From Octopus sinensis (lineage: Eukaryota), in NCBI RefSeq assembly GCF_006345805.1, contig NC_043001.1, positions 26,226,001 to 26,290,000 of the forward strand: a stretch of DNA of 64,000 bases. The letters are read 5' to 3'. Made by a program: the position numbers and the translations under genes. The notes under the pieces are model-generated. The model ran no database searches. It was not told the DNA's origin and was given only the letters and a program-made list of their open reading frames with translations. Below, piece after piece: positions 49,967-63,479 of this stretch. The stretch's first letter is position 1, and each line of letters starts with the position of its first letter.

Positions 49967-51896
49967 AAGTGTATTGTAACCAGCAGTGTATAACAGCATC
50001 TGATTATCTGGTCAATATCATCACACACACATACACACACATGATGGCCTTTTTCCAGTTTCTGACTACCAAATCCACTCACAAAACTTTGGTCAGCAAG
50101 GGGCTATAGTAGAAGAGACTTGCTCAAGGTGCTATGCAGTGAGACTGAGCCCCAAAGCATGAGATTGGGAAGCAAACATCTTATCTCACAGTCATACCTG
50201 CATCTAAATCATGTGTGCCTAGAGAGGGATTTTTTTCTTTTGCAAGTTCTTTTTTAGAAGTAAGACATTTTGAAGGAAGCAAATGGTCAGAATTATTGTT
50301 ATTTTGAAATTTACAATGCAATACACAAAGAATTAACACGGTTTATTAAAAAACACATTTTTACTAAAAAAAAAAAATTATATTGAAAGCTGAGTGATAC
50401 ACTTCATAAAGTAGATTTCTGTTATGATCTTCCATGGATTACTGCTAACAAATGACGTTATCTAAATATCGCTGAATAGATTTCTATTATACTACTAAAT
50501 AATTTAATTTATCACTTGTTGAAAGCATGACAACTTTTGTTAGCTAAATGGAAGTCTTGTTTACTGATACGATTGTCCTAAGGCTAGAAAAGCAGTACAA
50601 GGACAGTTTTCAATTTCTAGTGTTAACTTATTAAAAGACATGTCACATGTCAACCTTGTTGAAATATGTATGTTGTGATATAATATGTATTAACTTGTCA
50701 ATGATATGTACTAGTAAAGCATCAAGAAGTGCATGAATGTTGACAGTACTTGAGAAATCAATGACAAGGCATCACTTCTGGTTTTTACTTTTGTTACTAC
50801 AACTTGAGTTCAACATAGGGTCTTATTCAGTTCTATAATGCCTTCTTTTGATTATTTTGGTTATTTATTTCTTGTTATGAATTTTTAATTGACCGCAGGA
50901 TATCATCAAGTAGGTGCAATAGTAGATTTGTTGTTTAGGTTTAAATTAGTGAAGCGTGGTTGTGTGGTTAAGAATCTTGCTTCTCAACTATGCAGTCTTG
51001 AGTTCAGTCCTACTATGTGGCACCTTGAGCAACTGTCTTTTTGCTTTAGCCCCAGATGAATCAAAGCTTTGTGAGTGAATTTGGTCAATGGAAACAGAAA
51101 AAAGCATCACATGTGTGCAGAGGGGGTACTCTTCTTTTGGTAACATGTGATAACTGTAAGCAAACAATGCAAGTGATGTCCTTTATTTTCTACCTTCTGT
51201 GAACAATATGTCTAGCCATGAAAAATATTACCTTATTTGGAAACATTCTTCCTTAGTTGGAAGAAGGGTGAAAAAGAAGGGCATCTGGTCATAGAAAATC
51301 TTTCTCAACATTAAATCTGACCCATGCAAGCATGGAAAAATGGATATTAAATGGTAATGACAACAACGATGATGTACAAAACAGAATCTTGCAGCAAGCA
51401 AAATTTATCAATACAAGGAGGGTTTCAGGACCTTCAAACTTACATGCCACTGAAGGATGTTGAAACATGAAATGTTGTCCAAATATAAAATCTGAGTAGA
51501 AACTAAACATAATTAAGAGTAACTGCTGTTTATACAACTTTTCAGCATATCAACTATATTCCTATAATTCAGAAACAAAACAGTATTGGCACTACCACAA
51601 CATTTCCTCTCAATGGTTTAATAAGTAAACCATAATAACTAAAACTTGCATCGATTGATTGTTAATTATAATGTTAATGAGTGCATAAGATGATGGATAT
51701 TCCAATAAAGCTGAAAAAAATCTTTACAAGCTGAAGTTAATGCACTGGAGACTGGTTTATAACTTGGTTTAAAATGGTGCCCCATCGGGGTAATTATGTG
51801 ATTTGCATGCTCAAGTAAAATAACCTTTTTTTTTTTTTTCACACTTGCAACACAGGGTATCTCTTGAAGGACATTTTCTGTGGTCATATCTATATA

Positions 51897-52110
51897 CCTA
51901 TTTCTTTACTACCCACAAGGGGCTAAACACAGAGAAGACAAACAAAGACAGACAAACGGATTAAGTCGATTGTATTGACCCCAGTGCATAACTGGTACTT
52001 AATTTATCAACCCCGAAAGGATGAAAGGCAAAGTCGACCTCGGCGGAATTTGAACTCAGAACGTAACGGCAGACGAACAACAGCTACGCATTTCGCCCAG
52101 CGTGCTAATG
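51897..52110 (-). mobile_element. SINE family B
   Basis: tatttctttactacccacaaggggctaaac to cccagcgtgctaa. Confidence 0.88.
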
Positions 52111-52619
52111 TCTATATACCATCATCATCATCATTCACTTAATATCCACTGCATGGATCAAGCAGATTTCAGTGAGGCAGATTTTCTATGGACAGTTGTC
52201 TTTCCTGCCACTAACAATCACCTGTTTCCAAGCAAGGTGATATTTACCCCTTGCTGGACATGTTTCCATGGAAGATTGGAAACAAAGGACACTGCTTGTA
52301 TAACAATGATGCTCATTTACAACTATTCCATAATGTCAAGACAAGAACACACACACACACATATGATGGGCTTCTCACAGTTTCTGTCAATGAAATCCAC
52401 TCACAAGGTTTTGGCTGGCCTTGGGCTATAGTAGAACACACAAGCCCAAGATGCCTTGCGGTGGGACTGAACCCAAAACCATATGGTTGGAAAAAAAAAA
52501 TTTGTAATCACATACACAAAAAAAAAAAGAGCAAAAAGAAAGACAATGAACACTTCTTCTCTGAAACAGCTGCTTGTTATCCTCCATTGTAACAGTAATA
52601 GTATTATTTATGAGCAGAT

Positions 52620-53120
52620 CTTGATAATAAACATCTTTAGAGCTAAAGTTTAAAGCACTGGCTTGTGATGCAGCTCTTTCCAAGTCTAGCATCTTACTTT
52701 CAGTTTTTAGACTACTCAACATTATTAGAGAAATAAAAAGTACCCATTGTGGTATATTTCATATGAAATCCATACAATGCCTATTCTGAAGTTGTAATTC
52801 TTAGCCATGGGTTTTATGGCTTGAAGAAATTGATCCACAAATTCGGTTGGCTGTTGTCTGCAAGTTGTGAGCTGGTGTACTACAACCTTATTCATTGGTT
52901 TAATGAAGATATTTTCCAGGTAATTTATCCCACTCTCATGATTGTCTGTCTGTAATAAATTGGAATACTTTGCAATGTACAAAGTTTACAAGGGTGTGTA
53001 GTCTATAGCAAACAGGAATATTGATAGGAAAATTTTCAAAGCACATGAATGTTTGAATTCCAAAAAGCTGACAGAAATTGAGAAGAATCGCTTTGAGTCT
53101 TTTAGAACATAGAACTCTGG
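52620..53120 (-). mobile_element. Gypsy/Ty3-type LTR retrotransposon gag remnant
   Basis: LENIFIKPMNKVVVHQLTTCRQQPTEFVDQFLQAIKPMAKNYNF and ESKMLDLERAASQASAL resemble invertebrate Gypsy gag; no pol or LTR recognised. Confidence 0.6.
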
Positions 53121-55952
53121 TTCATTTGATTCATTTGATTCATTGAATAAACTATCATTAGAATGATAAAAGATCTGATTATGAAAGACTTTATTCAGTA
53201 AATAATTCTGCAACTAGATACAAAGCTTACGTAAAGGAGAACATTTATCCATTAAATGATACATCAACTATTTAAGGAAAAAAAACATAAAATCACAAAA
53301 GAATCTTCTTTGCTTATGCAATGTATGCACAGTACATACAAAATAGAATAACAAATATGTGTATTTTCATTTCTGATAGTTTTTTTTCGTACAAGGAAAG
53401 AATAATGTTAACATTTACAGGCAATACATCACAAGTTCATTCCATGACAATATGCACCCAGGGCACTCCATAAAGTGGTTGGTGCTCAGGCATAGTAACC
53501 ATGACAAAATGAAATGTACAGAAAAGACATGGAGCTCTAACCACGCCTATGAGAGCAATAACTCTGAATGAGAACTGACTTGACCATGATGTTCACATGG
53601 AAATTAAACATAAACCAATGACAATGATAATGATAAGCACTGAGTAACAGAAAAGCTATAAGATGTTTAATTATTTCCATCTATGTTTTAAGTTCAAATC
53701 TAGGCAGGATTAATGCTGAGTTAGTAGAAATAGTACCAGTGACATATTAAGATCAATTTAATTGGCTTCCTTTTCCCCTACAAACGCATTATTAACAAAT
53801 GGTATTTGTATGTGTGTGTGTGTTTGCAGGTGTATGTGTGTAGTTAGAATAGTGGTTAATTGCTTCTGAGATTATTCTACAATTTGATTTCAATTTCTAA
53901 TTCACTTCCTTTAAATTACTAATGTGCTTAGGAAGGCATAAACAACCCAACTTCTTCTCCAAGCTTTCATGAATCTCATTACTGTCATCGTTGTCATCAT
54001 CATCATGAGCATTAGTCGTAGACTTGCTGCAGGTGCATTTAGTAAGTGCTTTTCACTGACATAGGAATAATTTGGTTGTCTCTCCATTCTGTCAGTCTGA
54101 ATGGAATTGCCATGAACCACATTTTTGTTTTCTATTCGTTCTAAGCCAACAATAACGAAGGGATTTCCCCCCCCCCTTGTTTTTCTAAACTTCAGCTGTG
54201 AACAACATACTCCTTTTTAGAAATCATACATCACGTTATGTTATACTAAATACACTAACATTACATGCCCACATTAGTGAATAAATACACACGTTCATGT
54301 GAATGTAAGGAGTATAAAATGTATGATGCTGTTGTGGACATGCTATCTGCAAGGATAAGGAAGACAATGATGGTAACAATGTCAAAGCTACACCATTGAA
54401 GTGAATGGATTCCTCAATGTTCCAAATTCCATACATTTCATGTTTTCACTTTGTTAGCTTAGAAAACCTATTACCTAATGTTTCTTATTCCATGTTATTT
54501 TTACACTATTCTCTCTACATTCTCTCTCAGCTATCTTTTTTCATTCATCCTTTCCTCCCATTAATTTCCCTTTAGTTATAACCCATCTTCATGTCTCTCC
54601 TATCCCTATTTATTTCGTGGCAATGGGAGGAGAAAGTTTGTCTCTTTTGTCCAGTAACATTCCCCACCACTCAAACACAAAAGCTGTTATTGGAACATAA
54701 AACCTTTCCACTACAAATTAATACATTTTTCTTTTTACACAGCAAAGAATTTCTGCAGTTTTTTACCCCCACTTTTTAACTCCTATTTGTGACAAATAAT
54801 TTTCTAAACATTTTTATACTATTTTTTTCTTTCTGATAATCTTTCTATTTTCATGTTTCATATCTAGATTCCCTACTTAACATCTGCAACCCAACCATGA
54901 AGGCATGATGACTCTTTCTCCTAGCTAAACTATAAAAAACACAATTCACAGGATCAGGATCATGAGTTAGCTCTCTCTATCTACAAAATATATTTAGCAA
55001 AAAATGTTTACCTTTTTGCATGACTTTGTAACCAAAATTTATTCACCTTCTTCATCATTAAATTGAAGAAGTTAAAACTTTATTCTGAACACAGTGTAAA
55101 TGTTACATTAATTGCAGTTGGATTAGTTGTCAGGTGATCAGCCAGAGTTGATGATTTGTTATTTGTTTTTTTTTTTTTAGATAATCAGAAGACAAAGGAG
55201 ATCTTAAACTTATCAGGATTATCATGAAAACTTTAATAATATCATCATCCTCATCATAGTTGTTTCATCATCATTTTCAACTTATTGAGGCAGATTTTCT
55301 ATGGCTGAATGCTCTTCCTGTTTCTAAGCAAGGTAATATTTCCTTTAATCTTCTTAACAAGGAACAGTAGATTGTAAACAAGTGGAACTGTTTGTGACTT
55401 TGTTTACAATGGTGACTTTGTTTTTACATAGTGCACCAACAATGTCAAGACAAGTCAACACACACACACACTGAGCTTCTTACAGTTCATCTACCAATTC
55501 CACTTATAAGGCACTAGTCATCTTAAAACCATAGTAGCAAGTATAAAGCCATAATAGAAGATATTTACCCATAGTACCACACAGTGGGAATAAACCCTAG
55601 ACTACATGGTTACGAAGCATACTTCATAATCACACAACAATACTTGTGCCTATATAAAGTATAAAGTTGTAAAGCCACATCATCATTACCATCATTTTAA
55701 CATCCACTTTTCCATGCTCACATGGGTTGGTCAGAATTTGTTCAAATGGATTTTCTACAGTGGATGCCCTCCCTCTTGCTAACTCTCACCCATTTCCAAG
55801 TAGGATAATATTTCCCCTTGACCAGACATGTTTTCACAGAGTATTGGAAATAGATGACACAGCTTGTATGAATGATGGTGATATTCATTTACAACAATCA
55901 TGTGATACCAAGGAGATATAGATATACACACTCACATGCATACAGATATATA

Positions 55953-56175
55953 TATATTTCTTTACTACCCACCAGGGGTTAAACACAGAGGGGACAAACA
56001 AGGACAGACAAACGGATTAAGTCGATTATACCGACCCCAGTGCGCAACTGGTACTTAATTTATTGACCCCAAAAGGATGAAAAGCAAAGTCGACCTCGGC
56101 GGAATTTGAACTTGGAACGTAACGGCAGACGAAATACGGCTACACATTTCGCCCAGCGTGCTAACGTTTCTGCCA
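55953..56175 (-). mobile_element. SINE family B
   Basis: same family B body on minus strand. Confidence 0.88.
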
Positions 56176-57010
56176 TGTGTACACACACACACACATGATG
56201 GGCTTATATACACATATGATAGTAGAAAACACTTTCTCACGGTGCCACAGAGTGGGACTGAACCCAAAACCATGTAGTTGGGAAGCAAACTTCTTGCCTG
56301 CACCTATTCATCAACCATGCACCAACATCAAATTTACTTCTTTGAAAATTTAGATACATTATATAGATATATAGACAGTATATTTTCATACAAGTCATAA
56401 CTAAAGCAAAGAAATGATAGCTTTTTTCATAAAAAAAATAAAAGCTCAATCTATTCATCTAAATTTATCTAAGTTTTGTATACAAAAAGCCCACTCTGTG
56501 TCTAACTAATAAAATCACCAGGATACAATATAATCTTCAGCTGTTGTATATGCGCAGTTGCAAAGAACAATGGACCTTTTAGCCTTTAAAGATACTCTTG
56601 TAGCAAACTAATTTGAGATAGTTTACTACGTTTATCATATTTTTTTTTTATTTGTTCAAAGATTAGTAACTGAAAAATAGCATGTGAAGGAAGTGAGGCA
56701 TAAATGTGGTGTTACAGTAGAAAAATTATATCTGCTGGTTAGTGATGGGCTTTCATGGAGCAAGAGAGAGAAAAGAGAAGAAATAGAGAAGCAAAAGGTG
56801 AACAGGTAGATGATGTATGGCATTGTAAACAGTAGAGGATGTTGATATAATGGTACAAGAAGGAAAGGGAATCTACGTTTCTAAAGCAAACGTTTCCAAA
56901 TGGAAAAGTTGAAGACTAAAAGGAATGCACCGTCCGATTTATTTTTGGTATCCTATTTGAATTATCATATTTATTTACTTATCAGCCTGTTCTGTTCTTT
57001 AACACACACA

Positions 57011-57041
<31 letters not shown>

Positions 57042-57603
57042 TATTGAATCCATATGTAGTTATTTACTTTTTCATAACTTGTTTATGATATATCTTTAAG
57101 TACAGGATCACAAAATATACTTTACATTTTGTAACACAATCTGATGTGTGTGTGCACACGCATATACACATGCAGTGTGTGTTCTGACGGAACAACTACC
57201 ATCTGCTTTCTAAGCATATCATGATGAACCAGAAACATCTAGAGATCATGGTGTGAGATATATATCTATATCTATCTATCTATCTCTCTATATATATATA
57301 TATACAGAATTAAAAAGTAGTTTCCGAAACATGAGTTAATTTACCATTATTATTGCTTAAATATCTGTTTAGCAAACTGGCATATACTCCTTTACTCTTT
57401 TACTAGTTTCTTCTCAAAGGCTATGACCAAATATTTCCATGTAACCATATGTTGTGTCATATATCTATGAAGAATAACTTTCACATTTCTGAATGAACAG
57501 CCACACTCCAGAGCTTTCTTAATCTACTCCCTTACAATGGTATTTTTCACAAAACGCTCCATATGTTTATATGAAAATTCATATACATCTTATATCAACT
57601 GAC

Positions 57604-57849
57604 CTATATATTATTCTGAATTCATTTGCGCTGAAAAATTTGATTTCCACATTCCATTCCAATTGCTGCAACCCTCTTTCGTTGCAAATTATTTCATTTC
57701 TGTTATAATCATTACACATTTTAGCTTTTGGATGATGCAAGATTTTTTATTTTTTATTTTGTTATCAACAAAGACAACACAATCCCTTGATATTCTCCCC
57801 AGTGTAAGCATATTGGTTACACTTCACAGAAAACCCAATAATTCCTTTT
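57604..57849 (-). other. Candidate upstream exon (5'UTR plus possible ATG at 57719: MCNDYNRNEIICNERGLQQLEWNVEIKFFSANEFRIIY)
   Basis: ctttacag| acceptor, AG|gtcagt donor, AAAATG with in-frame upstream TAA; ends in phase 2 so cannot join exon 1 directly. Confidence 0.3.
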
Positions 57850-58808
57850 CTGTAAAGTGAAAAGATACTGGTATTAATTCTTGGTTGCAGTTACAGATTT
57901 TTTACTATTTCTGCTAAAACCTCCACCACACAAAAGTATTGACCCATAGGGAAATTCTTGTCAGCAATTAATATCTTGATTGAATTCCTTAATGAGAACT
58001 CAAACACAAATATGAAATGGAGAAAACTGAGAAAATAATTTTATTGAACATTTACTTTTCACCAAACTTCAGCAAAGTAATCTTATTAGATCTTTATAGC
58101 ATGACTTATACAGATTTAATGATTCACAAAGATGTTTCCCATTGTCCTTTAGATTTCTACTGAGCATATTTCAAATATGCAAAGCAAATCCAGGTAGGGA
58201 AATAGCTGCAAGAGAAATACTCATTGCATCAGCATTTCACCGGAGAGTTAGCTTATGTAGTTTCAGGGTATGGAGAAACTTCAAACTGCAGCCTGAACTT
58301 ATTGTTCCTTTTTCTTTCCTTTTTTCTTTTTTTTTTTTCATTTTTTTTTTTTGTTCTATTCACTAATTTCATTATGATTCTACAGCTTTCGTATTGGTTT
58401 TTGTTCCATTTGATTCTCTCAGCTCCATTAGGTTTGTTAAAGAAAGCTATGTTACAAAAAAAAATGTAATGTCAAAAATTAATGAGTGAAATGTCACAAT
58501 ATACTCAAGAGGAATTGATATATAGATGTTAAAATACAATGAATTACTGCATTTCATTTTCCGATCCTTGTTTTGTTCTGTTTATGACTTACAACAGAGA
58601 GAATACCATTTGTATGACACAGTCAATTCTCATGACTCTCTTATATGCTTCAATTCCATCTCCCAATTATCTAATTAACATGTCATACCCACTCCATGAC
58701 TGCAGTTGACATCACATACAACTCTATCTGCTCCATTTACATAAAATAAATAATTATTACTGAGGTATTGTTTTACATACTTATGCCTTTCTTATTGCTA
58801 ACTCTTAC

Positions 58809-58852
58809 CTGTTTTTCAAGCAGGGGATCTCTTATTCCTTATATTTTGAAAG
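58809..58852 (-). other. Candidate 44-nt non-coding 5'UTR exon
   Basis: tgttgcag| acceptor and strong CAG|gtaaga donor; no ATG inside. Confidence 0.35.
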
Positions 58853-59189
58853 CTGCAACATCAGTGAATGATTTGTCAACAGGGTGGGGAGGATGATGAC
58901 ATCAACATCACTGTTTGTAGTTCAGCAATTTTTAGAGGACTGCAAATGTAAACAAATACACAGACACACATAGACATCACTTTTCTGTGGTTGCATGGGG
59001 GGTCAGAAAGAATTTGATATAAGGCAGATTTTCTACAAACGGATGCCCTTCCTGTTGCCACCTATTTCCAAGCCACACATGTTTTTCACAGAAAACTAGA
59101 AATAAACAACCCTGCTTGTATGACGGTGATCCTCATTTACAATACTCATGCAATGTTTAGATGAAGGCACACATAGATACACACAACAC

Positions 59190-59825
59190 ACACACTGGGC
59201 TTCTTTCAGTTTCCATCTATCAAATCCGTTCACAAGGCTTTGGTCAGCCTAAGACTGAAGTAGAAGACACTTGCACAAGGTGCCTTACAGTAGCACTGAA
59301 CTGAAGATCATATGGTTGGAGAGCAAACTTTTTAACCACATAGCCACATATATGCCAATGCATGTTACTTATATAACAACCATATTTCAATGAAATTAGC
59401 AAGCTTCAGAAAGGCGCAGGAGTGGCTGTGTGGTAAGTAGCTTGTTTACCAACCACATGGTTCTGGGTTCAGTCCCACTGCATGGCACCTTGGGCAAGTG
59501 TCTTCTACTATAGCCTCGGGCCGACCAATGCCTTGTGAGTGAATTTGGTAGACGGAAACTTAAAGAAGCCCGTCGTATATATGTATATATATGTATATGC
59601 GTGTGTGTGTTTGTGTATCTGTATTTGTCCCCCTAGCATTGCTTGACAACCGATGGTGGTGTGTTTATGTCCCCGTTACTAGAGCGGTTCGGCAAAAGAG
59701 ACCGATAGAATAAGTACTGGGTTTACAAAAGAATAAGTCCCGGGGTCGAGTTGCTCGATGAAAGGCGGTGCTCCAGCATGGCCGCAGTCAAATGACTGAA
59801 ACAAGTAAAAGAGAGAGTAAAGAGT
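59190..59825. mobile_element. Degenerate family A head (minus, 59190-59350) facing a full family A SINE (plus, 59413-59825)
   Basis: ggcgcaggagtggctgtgtggtaagtagc head at 59413; tail gtaaaagagagagtaaagag. Confidence 0.85.
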
Positions 59826-60499
59826 ATTTCCATCATTCATTGTCTCATTCGATTTGGTAATGTTTCCATGTTGCTCAGTGAATATATCTATCTATTTGGT
59901 CAGGTCTGTATATTTATTCTCATTTGGTTCAAACTGTATAGCTGTACAAAATGTAGTCAATTGTCTTATAGTATCTGTTATATTTTCTAAATTTACTATC
60001 TTAATTAATAATAAATTTTCATATAGTTTCTTGCAGGTAAGCACTGGTTTTAAACAAAAACTACATATTAAATCTTGTTTCTTCTTTTTGAGAAACCTTC
60101 AAATTTATTCTGGTTTCTTTGTAAAGTCACTACTGTTAATCAAGCTTTAGTACATACTAGACTACCTACGACCCATTGGGTCACTGACGGTTCAGGATAT
60201 AAAACATTGAAGCTGATTTCAACATTGCATTGAAATGAAAGTTAATTTTATGATGATTCAGTTAAATATTTCAATTCATTTGTGTCATCATAGGTCTGGT
60301 TTACAAGTTCATGTTTAAGGTTTTATTGATTATTTACAGCATCTAATAGAAATAGAACTTCAGAGATAAACCTGAACTCTAGTAACAGCATTTATTTATG
60401 GCATATATGCACACTTCTACAACAATACAAAAGGAATTGTTATATTATGTAAACATAAAATTAATAGAAACAATTTTCACAGTATTATATATTCCTATT

Positions 60500-60938
60500 T
60501 CAGAGTTATGCTATTTTCGGAGTATTTTCCCATTATTTTGGCCATTTATGAAGGTACCCCCTCAAAAATTGCATATCTCAGGAATCTGTGATCCGATTTA
60601 CGCAAAGTTTGTTTTATTCCGTTTGTATTCACATTTCAGGGGTACTTACTTTCAGAGTATTTTTCCATTATGTGCTGGTTTGGCTGTATTAAATTACAGA
60701 CAAGCATGCACAAAAGCTAGCACACAAGCAAGCAATCACAGAGTTTTAGTAGTACCCCAAAAAAACATGCATCTCAGGAATCTGTGGTCCAATTTACGTG
60801 AAACTTGTCTTATTCCCTTTGTATTCACATTTCAGGGGTACCATACTTTCAGAGTATTTTCCCATTTTGGTTGTATTAAATTACAGACAAGCACACAAGC
60901 AAGCAAGCAACCACAGAGTTTTAGTAGTATATAGATTG
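60500..60938 (-). mobile_element. Helentron/HINE-like element with internal 196-bp tandem duplication
   Basis: minus strand starts aatctatatactactaaaactctgtggttgcttgc...gtctgt; atctcaggaatctgtg at 60575 and 60771. Confidence 0.6.
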
Positions 60939-61230
60939 ACTATGATGGAATTTATTTTATCATTCTTATGTGGCCATATCAGTTTTTCTTTTATGGCTTT
61001 CCTTTAATTAGCTTTTTTGGATGAAATGTTAGGGGAAGGAGTTCTATCTCAAACTCACTCAATACGCCAAGCTCTGTGTTATAACTAATAATTTCCTTAT
61101 CAATAAAAATAATAGAAAATATTCTGTTGCTTTTTTTATTCATATGCATTATTCCTGTTATTTTATTATTACTTCAGAGATGTAATTGCCTGGCAAGTGA
61201 TTTGATCTGAGACTGTGTTGAAACTAAAAT

Positions 61231-61500
61231 AATTACAGCATGGAAGACACATATGAGACATTCAAAAGCACGCAAAAAATTTTTAACTTCATTTAAACAT
61301 TTATTATTTTGGTGTCGCAAATTTTTGTCACAATAACTATGATATGATCCCTAACAGGGTTCAACTGCAACTGGAACCCTTGTAGTGACTGGTTTGCAGT
61401 TGATGTAATAAAAATTCTGACACCAAATATGAAATGCTTACGTGAAGTTAATATTTTGGCTGCTTTTGAATGGCTAATATGTGTCTTCTATGCTGTAATT
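61231..61500. repeat. Foldback/palindromic element, ~100-bp imperfect arms
   Basis: aattacagcatggaagacacatat...ggtgtc is the reverse complement of gacacc...atatgtgtcttctatgctgtaatt. Confidence 0.85.
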
Positions 61501-62881
61501 GGTTCGTTGTCGTTGTCATCATTGCCACTGCTGCCATGGTTGTCATTACTATTATTATCATTTAAAAGTCACAAAATATGAAAGAGAAATTGAATTTATT
61601 TAATAACCAAATGGGAGTAGAAACAAACAAGTATATTTCTGTCTCATAAAAGGCTTTTTATTTATTTTTATATGAAAGTAATATTTGTGATCAAATTACT
61701 ATGAACCACTTGTTACTGAAACCACTAGTGAATAAAAACCATTTGAAGGGTGGGGATCGTAAAATCTAAAAAAAAAGAAAAATAATAAATGAAATATCTG
61801 CTACTGAAAACATTGTTCAGTTTAAATGTTCATATTGTGATACACTACATCTGGTGACTTATTAGAGTTGAATTTTTATTTTTCCTTTCCTTTTAGAAAT
61901 ACAGAATTGGAAATGGTTGGAAATTTAGATGACAAAACAAAACTAGTTGAAACCCAATTACTCTTAAACTACTTCAGCTGATATATGAAGAATGCAAGGA
62001 ATGTTTAGAGATTTGCAGCCTCAGTGGCACAAACGTTAGCTAAAGTCAAGTATAGTATATACATATAGCTTTCATTAAAAAAAAAAATTCTAAATATATT
62101 TTCAAAATACAGCGGTTGAGATTACAAATGATGAAAGGCAAGTTGACAATTTTTTTTATGAGGGAAAATAAATTTGGAATGAATGACTAGCTGGGAAAAT
62201 ATATAATAACTGCACTTACAATTTATCATTTGTAAGTGTGTAACTCCAAAGCTAGTTGAATAACAACTAAAAAGGAAAACGATACAAAACTAAAAATATT
62301 TTTTATCTCAATATTCTGCATCATTTAATAATTATAAAAATCTCATTAAATTCTTTTGAAGAATTTTAGCAACCTAAATGCTGAATTAATGTAATGAACC
62401 AGGTGTTAACAAATCTGTTACTAATAATATAACATTCCAACAGCAAAATAGCTGCAGTTGGGGCATAGAACTTAATGTTATGCAGCAATAACTGGTTGAG
62501 ATAGGAACTGAGTACAATGATATAGCATATTCTGACCAATACAAATAAACTTAAAAAAAACAATCACTGTGATATTCAGATATACTTTTAATTAATTAAT
62601 AAAAGTAATTGACTTTGTTTTTGGATTTGGTTTGCAAGATTCTTTATGTGAGTTCATGTGTTGAAGCATATTTTGTTGTGTCTGGGGAGAGTCATTTTCT
62701 TTTAGTGCCTTATTATTTAACACATTCACTGGTAAAGTTTCCACTTATTTATTTTTTTTCTCCTAAAATTTTTGTTGCATCTTGCAATTTATTCAATAGT
62801 CGCTGACTCTGTCTGTTATCCGAGATGCATTTTTTTGGTTTATTTGTGCGCATGTGTGTGGGACACTGTGTGTGCACATAC

Positions 62882-63102
62882 ACATGTAAGTGTATGTATG
62901 TATGTATGCATGTACGTATGTATGTATGTGTGTATGTATGCATGCATGCATGTAAGTGTATGTATGTATGTATGCATGTACGTATGTATGTATGTGTGTA
63001 TGTATGCATGCATGCATGTAAGTGTATGTATGTATGTATGCATGTACGTATGTATGTATGTGTGTATGTATGCATGCATGCATGTAAGTGTATGTATGTA
63101 TG
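62882..63102. repeat. 66-bp tandem repeat (about 3.3 copies) built from TATG/CATG microsatellite
   Basis: tgtaag anchor at 62885, 62951, 63017, 63083. Confidence 0.9.
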
Positions 63103-63479
63103 TGTGTGTGTGTGCATACATACATATATATGTATGTATGTGTGTACATTTGTATGCATGTATTCTGCATATTCATGTGTTTGTGTGTTCGTGTTTGTGT
63201 TTTTATGCGTGCGTGTGTGTGTATGTATGTATGTTTGCATGAGTGTGTGTGTGTTACTATGTACAGTCTATATGTATGTATGGATGTGTGTCTCCATACA
63301 TGTCCTTGCGTGAAGTGAAGTGAGTGTGTATATGGTCACGTGTTTCAGTCTTCATTTGCATATGTATGTGTGTTTGTCTGTTTATATCACCTATGTACCT
63401 ATACGTCTGTAAGTCTATCTGTTTACATTCATATCCATTTACCTACATAGATGTGCACATACATATACGTATACATACA

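Noticed and set aside
53911-54140. Minus exon-like ORF with (GAT)n-derived M/D runs, and a 56517-56587 exon-like unit
   Set aside because: Cannot be chained into a credible protein; a trinucleotide repeat explains the composition
60398-60934. 178-aa plus ORF
   Set aside because: Runs through the 196-bp tandem repeat of a non-coding element
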